In this document: positions 8,221 to 11,426 of the stretch, piece after piece | Layout of the letters: each line of letters opens with the position of its first letter | Position numbering within the stretch: position 1 is the first letter of the stretch | From: Candidatus Hodarchaeota archaeon | GTDB lineage: Archaea > Asgardarchaeota > Heimdallarchaeia > Hodarchaeales > Hodarchaeaceae | Direction: 5' to 3' | Length of the DNA: 11,426 bases | Assembly: GCA_016840035.1 (NCBI GenBank) | Contig: JAEOTC010000024.1 | Coordinates: forward strand, 1 to 11,426 | Made by a program: the position numbers and the translations under genes | The notes under the pieces: model-generated | The model's input: the letters and a program-made list of their open reading frames with translations, nothing else | The model's database searches: none | What the model was told of the DNA's origin: nothing

Positions 8221-8251
8221 ATTATTTTAACAATGCTTTATAATTATTAGA

Positions 8252-8407
8252 TCAATCTATTCCTGATCCCAATCCACCGTCATGCATAGCGGATCCTACA
8301 GAGGCAGATATTAGGAATAACAGGATCATGAATAAGAGCGGAAGTATCTTTAGTAAATAAAGTTCAGCATTGTGTTTTATATCTCGTTTTCTTAATTGTT
8401 TTTCCAT
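8252..8407 (-). CDS. Small secreted pro-peptide, 51 aa: Sec-type signal peptide plus short polar tail (below the ORF-track cutoff)
   Basis: MEKQLRKRDIKHNAELYLLKILPLLFMILLFLISASVGSA-MHDGGLGSGID*. GGTGA Shine-Dalgarno at 8414-8418, 6 nt before ATG; basic n-region, long hydrophobic h-region, small-residue c-region (G-S-A). Confidence 0.8.
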   Translation of the reverse strand: MEKQLRKRDIKHNAELYLLKILPLLFMILLFLISASVGSAMHDGGLGSGID

Positions 8408-8452
8408 TTATTTTCACCATTTTGATTAAAGTCGTTATTTACTCTTCAAGAC

Positions 8453-8467
8453 TAGAGAAAGTCTCTA
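8453..8467. promoter_or_regulatory. 15-bp palindrome TAGAGA-AAG-TCTCTA, candidate Lrp-type operator in the divergent promoter
   Basis: Perfect 6-bp arms around a 3-bp centre; matches 11/15 positions of the E. coli Lrp consensus YAGHAWATTWTDCTR; lies between the peptide gene and the regulator. Confidence 0.45.
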
Positions 8468-8509
8468 AATCTCTCAGATGTAAGATGCGGATATATTTAC
8501 TAGGAACCC

Positions 8510-8517
8510 TTATAAAA
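8510..8517 (+). promoter_or_regulatory. Candidate TATA box of the regulator (possibly bidirectional)
   Basis: TTATAAAA ~40 nt upstream of ATG 8557; reads TTTTATAA on the minus strand. Confidence 0.4.
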
Positions 8518-8556
8518 TCTACGATGACCAAAATATATCACTTGGGACGAATTTTC

Positions 8557-10002
8557 ATGAAATCTCAAAACCAAAGTCCAGAAATAATCGAAAGACTCCG
8601 ACAAAATACTGAACAGAAGGTTGACACCTTTGTTCTTGATTTTCTGGATATTTGGTATGAGATTCATGTTTTAACCGAAAATCAAAATCTTGAAAATGCA
8701 CTCAAGATTTGTCAATCCATCTTTCCTTCTCATATTCTTCCATTCTTTGAGAAGTACAAAGATGAGGGGAATTTACACAAACATAAGGGTTGGGTTGACT
8801 CTTTTGCTTCTATTTTTCTGAAATGGGGAGAACGTGGAGGATTTTATTTTCCTTTAACATTAGTAATATATGAAATTACATATCACGATAGAGGCCTTCT
8901 TTTCGATTTATTAACCCAACTAAGAATAGGATTTAATAGAGGTACGAAGGTTGAACTCTATGAAGTCCTTTTTCCTGTTTTAACCAACTTTACGGTACCT
9001 CTAGATGAACTTGATTTAGGAATAATGAAAGCATACCAGACTTTACAGCCCTTAAAATCTCTCCTTTTTAAAAATCCAGAAAATAAGTCATTTGCTGAAA
9101 TTCTAGATGTATCAACAAGGACAATAATCCGTCGTTTAAAAATCCTTAAATTACTTCAAATCGTACGTACAAACCAATTTATTGATATGGGAAAACTGGG
9201 TTATGAATCATCACTTTTAGTTCATCAAAATCCTTTCCCAAAGAAATTCCAAAAATATTTACTATTTTCAACGAATTTAACTGTTGGAAACTTTAGTATA
9301 GTACAAATACCTGCATCAAACGTTGCTGATCAGACTAAGCTTCAAGAAAAGCTTGAATTGATGATGATGCAACCATTAGTAAAACGATCTACATCTTGGA
9401 ATTTTTCTGGTATGTCAAGCGGAGAAATTCTTTGGAAGAATCCACCCGCATTCTTCTTTTCCAAACCAGAACTTAATTTAGCAACCCCATCTGCAGATGT
9501 GAGTCTTGATCTGTTACCGACTTTTGACTCATTTAGAAAATTAACTCGTGCAGATTTTAACATTTTGGATTTTCTTGCGAGAGAAGGTGGTTTCAAAAAC
9601 TTAAACAATCTTAGTAATGCTATTGATGTTAACAGAATAGAGATCTCTACACGTCTTAAGGAATATTCAAGTGAAAATTTAATCTTTAAAGCTCATCAAT
9701 TCTTCAATATAGGATTGGATCTTTCAATTTTCTTCTTTATTTCGGACGTTGAAGATCGAATTCCATGGATTTCGCATTTACTTACTTTTCCTAAAGTTGA
9801 TGTGTTTTATCAGAGAGAAGAAAATCCTCACATCTATTTCGGTTATTTGAAACTACCGAACACATGGATTAAACCATTTGCACGGAAAATCGATCTCATA
9901 CGTAAAGATCATGATATTAAATTCTATTATAAAATAGCAAGTGCAACTGATCACTTTAAATGGGGGATTTCACTAACAGAAACCTACCATCATCGCCAAT
10001 AA
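8557..10002 (+). CDS. Transcriptional regulator with an N-terminal ~148-aa domain and two tandem Lrp/AsnC-like modules (wHTH plus probable RAM-like domain), ~481 aa
   Basis: Module 1: LDELDLGIMKAY...NKSFAEILDVSTRTIIRRLKIL...IDMGKLGY (9001-9204). Module 2: LTRADFNILDFL...LNNLSNAIDVNRIEISTRLKEY...FNIGL (9541-9717). Start moved from TTG 8422 to ATG 8557 (GGGA SD-like and TATA upstream; leaves room for the divergent promoter). Confidence 0.8.
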   Translation: MKSQNQSPEIIERLRQNTEQKVDTFVLDFLDIWYEIHVLTENQNLENALKICQSIFPSHILPFFEKYKDEGNLHKHKGWVDSFASIFLKWGERGGFYFPLTLVIYEITYHDRGLLFDLLTQLRIGFNRGTKVELYEVLFPVLTNFTVPLDELDLGIMKAYQTLQPLKSLLFKNPENKSFAEILDVSTRTIIRRLKILKLLQIVRTNQFIDMGKLGYESSLLVHQNPFPKKFQKYLLFSTNLTVGNFSIVQIPASNVADQTKLQEKLELMMMQPLVKRSTSWNFSGMSSGEILWKNPPAFFFSKPELNLATPSADVSLDLLPTFDSFRKLTRADFNILDFLAREGGFKNLNNLSNAIDVNRIEISTRLKEYSSENLIFKAHQFFNIGLDLSIFFFISDVEDRIPWISHLLTFPKVDVFYQREENPHIYFGYLKLPNTWIKPFARKIDLIRKDHDIKFYYKIASATDHFKWGISLTETYHHRQ

Positions 10003-10283
10003 TAAATTTTTACAGAATAATTAGTTGTACTTTGGGATAATATGAATTCTAGGACAACACAGAAACATTCGAAAAAAGTGGAATAACACGGAAGTTAATC
10101 CTCTCAATTACTCTATCAAGTATATTCAAATCAAAACACTCGAATAGGGGAATAAGGATTAAGGAATTAGAATCTAGTATAATATAAGCACCCTAGTTGT
10201 AAAAGGGAAACTAAATTTCGAAAATGGGAAATCCTTGAATCCCCATGTATTCCCCAGTATTTAGATATACGCAGATTGTGGAT

Positions 10284-11342
10284 TTATATCTCCAGTATAA
10301 CTTTCCCCATACTTTGTCGTGATTCTATGAAGTGATGAGCTCCAGCTATTTGTTCTAAGGGAAAAATTCTTTCGATATGAGGAGTTATCTGGTACTGAGA
10401 AACAAAATCGACGAGCTCCTCAAATATTCCTCTTACTTCTGTATAACTAGTATCAAGTAATCTCCCCACATGAAATGCAAGTATTCCCTGTGACCTGCCT
10501 AACATATTCAGCAGGTTAATTCGTGGGATGAGCTTGTATGTCGGCCACCACGTTAACGGATTGAATTTATTAAATCGAACACTACTCAGACCCACCAAAA
10601 CTAAGCGCCCCATTGGTGAAAGACATTGGAGTGAATTTCGATATACTTCTCCTCCTACACTCTCCAATATCACGTCAACACCTTTAAAATTTGTCCATTC
10701 TAATATCATATCTTTAAATTTCACGTTAGAGTAATTGATTGCTACATCGACACCGCACTTACGTAAAAAATCGATTTTTTCTGGCGAGGACGCAGTGCCA
10801 GCGACCTTCAATCCAAGTGCTTTAGCGAGAAGAACTGTTGCCGTTCCTAGTGCTCCTGCTGCTGCTTGAACTAAGATAGTTTCCCCTACTCTCACTCTTG
10901 CCATCTGTACTAAAGCGATGTACGCAGTTAAGAATGATCCAGAAAAGGCTGCGTTCTGTTGTAATGTATATTGTGGAATTGCTGGAAAAACGTATTTTTT
11001 ATCTAATGAGATATACTCTGCATGACAACCAAATCCTCTTGCTACAATCACAGGATCCCCTTTATTGAAATCAGTAACACCACTCCCTACTTTTTCAACT
11101 ATCCCTGCTCCTTCCATTCCCAAGATAAAACCCGTTCTCGATGGAACCCATTTGTAAAGACCTCGACGCGCAAGAATTTCAGCAAAGTTTATACCTGAAT
11201 ATTTTAAATTAATTAAGATTTCGTCTGATGTTGTAACATCTGGCTTGGGTACTTTTTTAATCTGAAGAACATCCGACCGTCCTATTTTGTCAAGTACTAC
11301 AGCTTTCAATGTGGTTTCACCATTTAAAACTAATCCTGTCAT
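10284..11342 (-). CDS. Zinc-independent medium-chain dehydrogenase/reductase (NADPH:quinone oxidoreductase / VAT-1-like), 352 aa
   Basis: SGINFAEILARRGLY, ILGMEGAG, GDPV, FLTAY, nucleotide-binding QAAAGALG, GVDVILESVGG, GRLVLVG, AHHFIESRQSMGKVIL. No GHE motif or four-Cys zinc lobe. Confidence 0.93.
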   Translation of the reverse strand: MTGLVLNGETTLKAVVLDKIGRSDVLQIKKVPKPDVTTSDEILINLKYSGINFAEILARRGLYKWVPSRTGFILGMEGAGIVEKVGSGVTDFNKGDPVIVARGFGCHAEYISLDKKYVFPAIPQYTLQQNAAFSGSFLTAYIALVQMARVRVGETILVQAAAGALGTATVLLAKALGLKVAGTASSPEKIDFLRKCGVDVAINYSNVKFKDMILEWTNFKGVDVILESVGGEVYRNSLQCLSPMGRLVLVGLSSVRFNKFNPLTWWPTYKLIPRINLLNMLGRSQGILAFHVGRLLDTSYTEVRGIFEELVDFVSQYQITPHIERIFPLEQIAGAHHFIESRQSMGKVILEI

Positions 11343-11426
11343 ACTAGAATAAACATTAATGCAATTGATGGGAATAAACTACAATATTTTCTTAAATATA
11401 AATCCTTATCAGAATTGCACTTGAAG

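Noticed and set aside
8252-8407. Double-glycine RiPP/bacteriocin precursor or class III (pilin) signal
   Set aside because: The leader is a hydrophobic Sec-type signal, no modifying enzymes or peptidase-ABC transporter lie nearby, and there is no K/R-G/A cleavage motif directly before the h-region.
8422-8556. N-terminal 45 codons of the 526-aa ORF call
   Set aside because: A start at TTG 8422 would leave no promoter space for the divergent peptide gene; SD-like and TATA signals favour ATG 8557.
3373-10734. Short ORFs 3373..3555(-), 5507..5689(+), 9342..9608(-) and 10528..10734(+)
   Set aside because: Each is fully antisense to a well-supported long CDS and shows no recognisable motif.

Overview
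AT-rich window from a prokaryote, most likely an archaeon. Asgard/Heimdallarchaeia-like origin is my inference from the surface-protein motifs, GGTGA Shine-Dalgarno and TATA boxes. Left to right: (1) a 3'-truncated minus-strand secreted beta-helix protein missing from the ORF track (2195..<1), ending in 15 DNA-level 66-72 bp repeats with hypervariable positions; (2) a divergent GT-C membrane glycosyltransferase; (3) a 1023-aa membrane-anchored NosD-type beta-helix/Ig-like surface protein bracketed by two near-identical 45-bp direct repeats, forming a 3.4-kb cassette; (4) a probable pseudogene; (5) an unannotated 51-aa ORF that is almost all signal peptide plus an 11-aa tail (MHDGGLGSGID), divergent from (6) a ~481-aa regulator with two tandem Lrp/AsnC-like modules, with a 15-bp Lrp-like palindrome between them; (7) a convergent VAT-1/quinone-oxidoreductase-like MDR enzyme. 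The best candidate for an undescribed system is the pro-peptide/tandem-Lrp pair, a possible archaeal peptide-signalling cassette. The direct-repeat-bounded surface-protein cassette and the variable beta-helix array come next.
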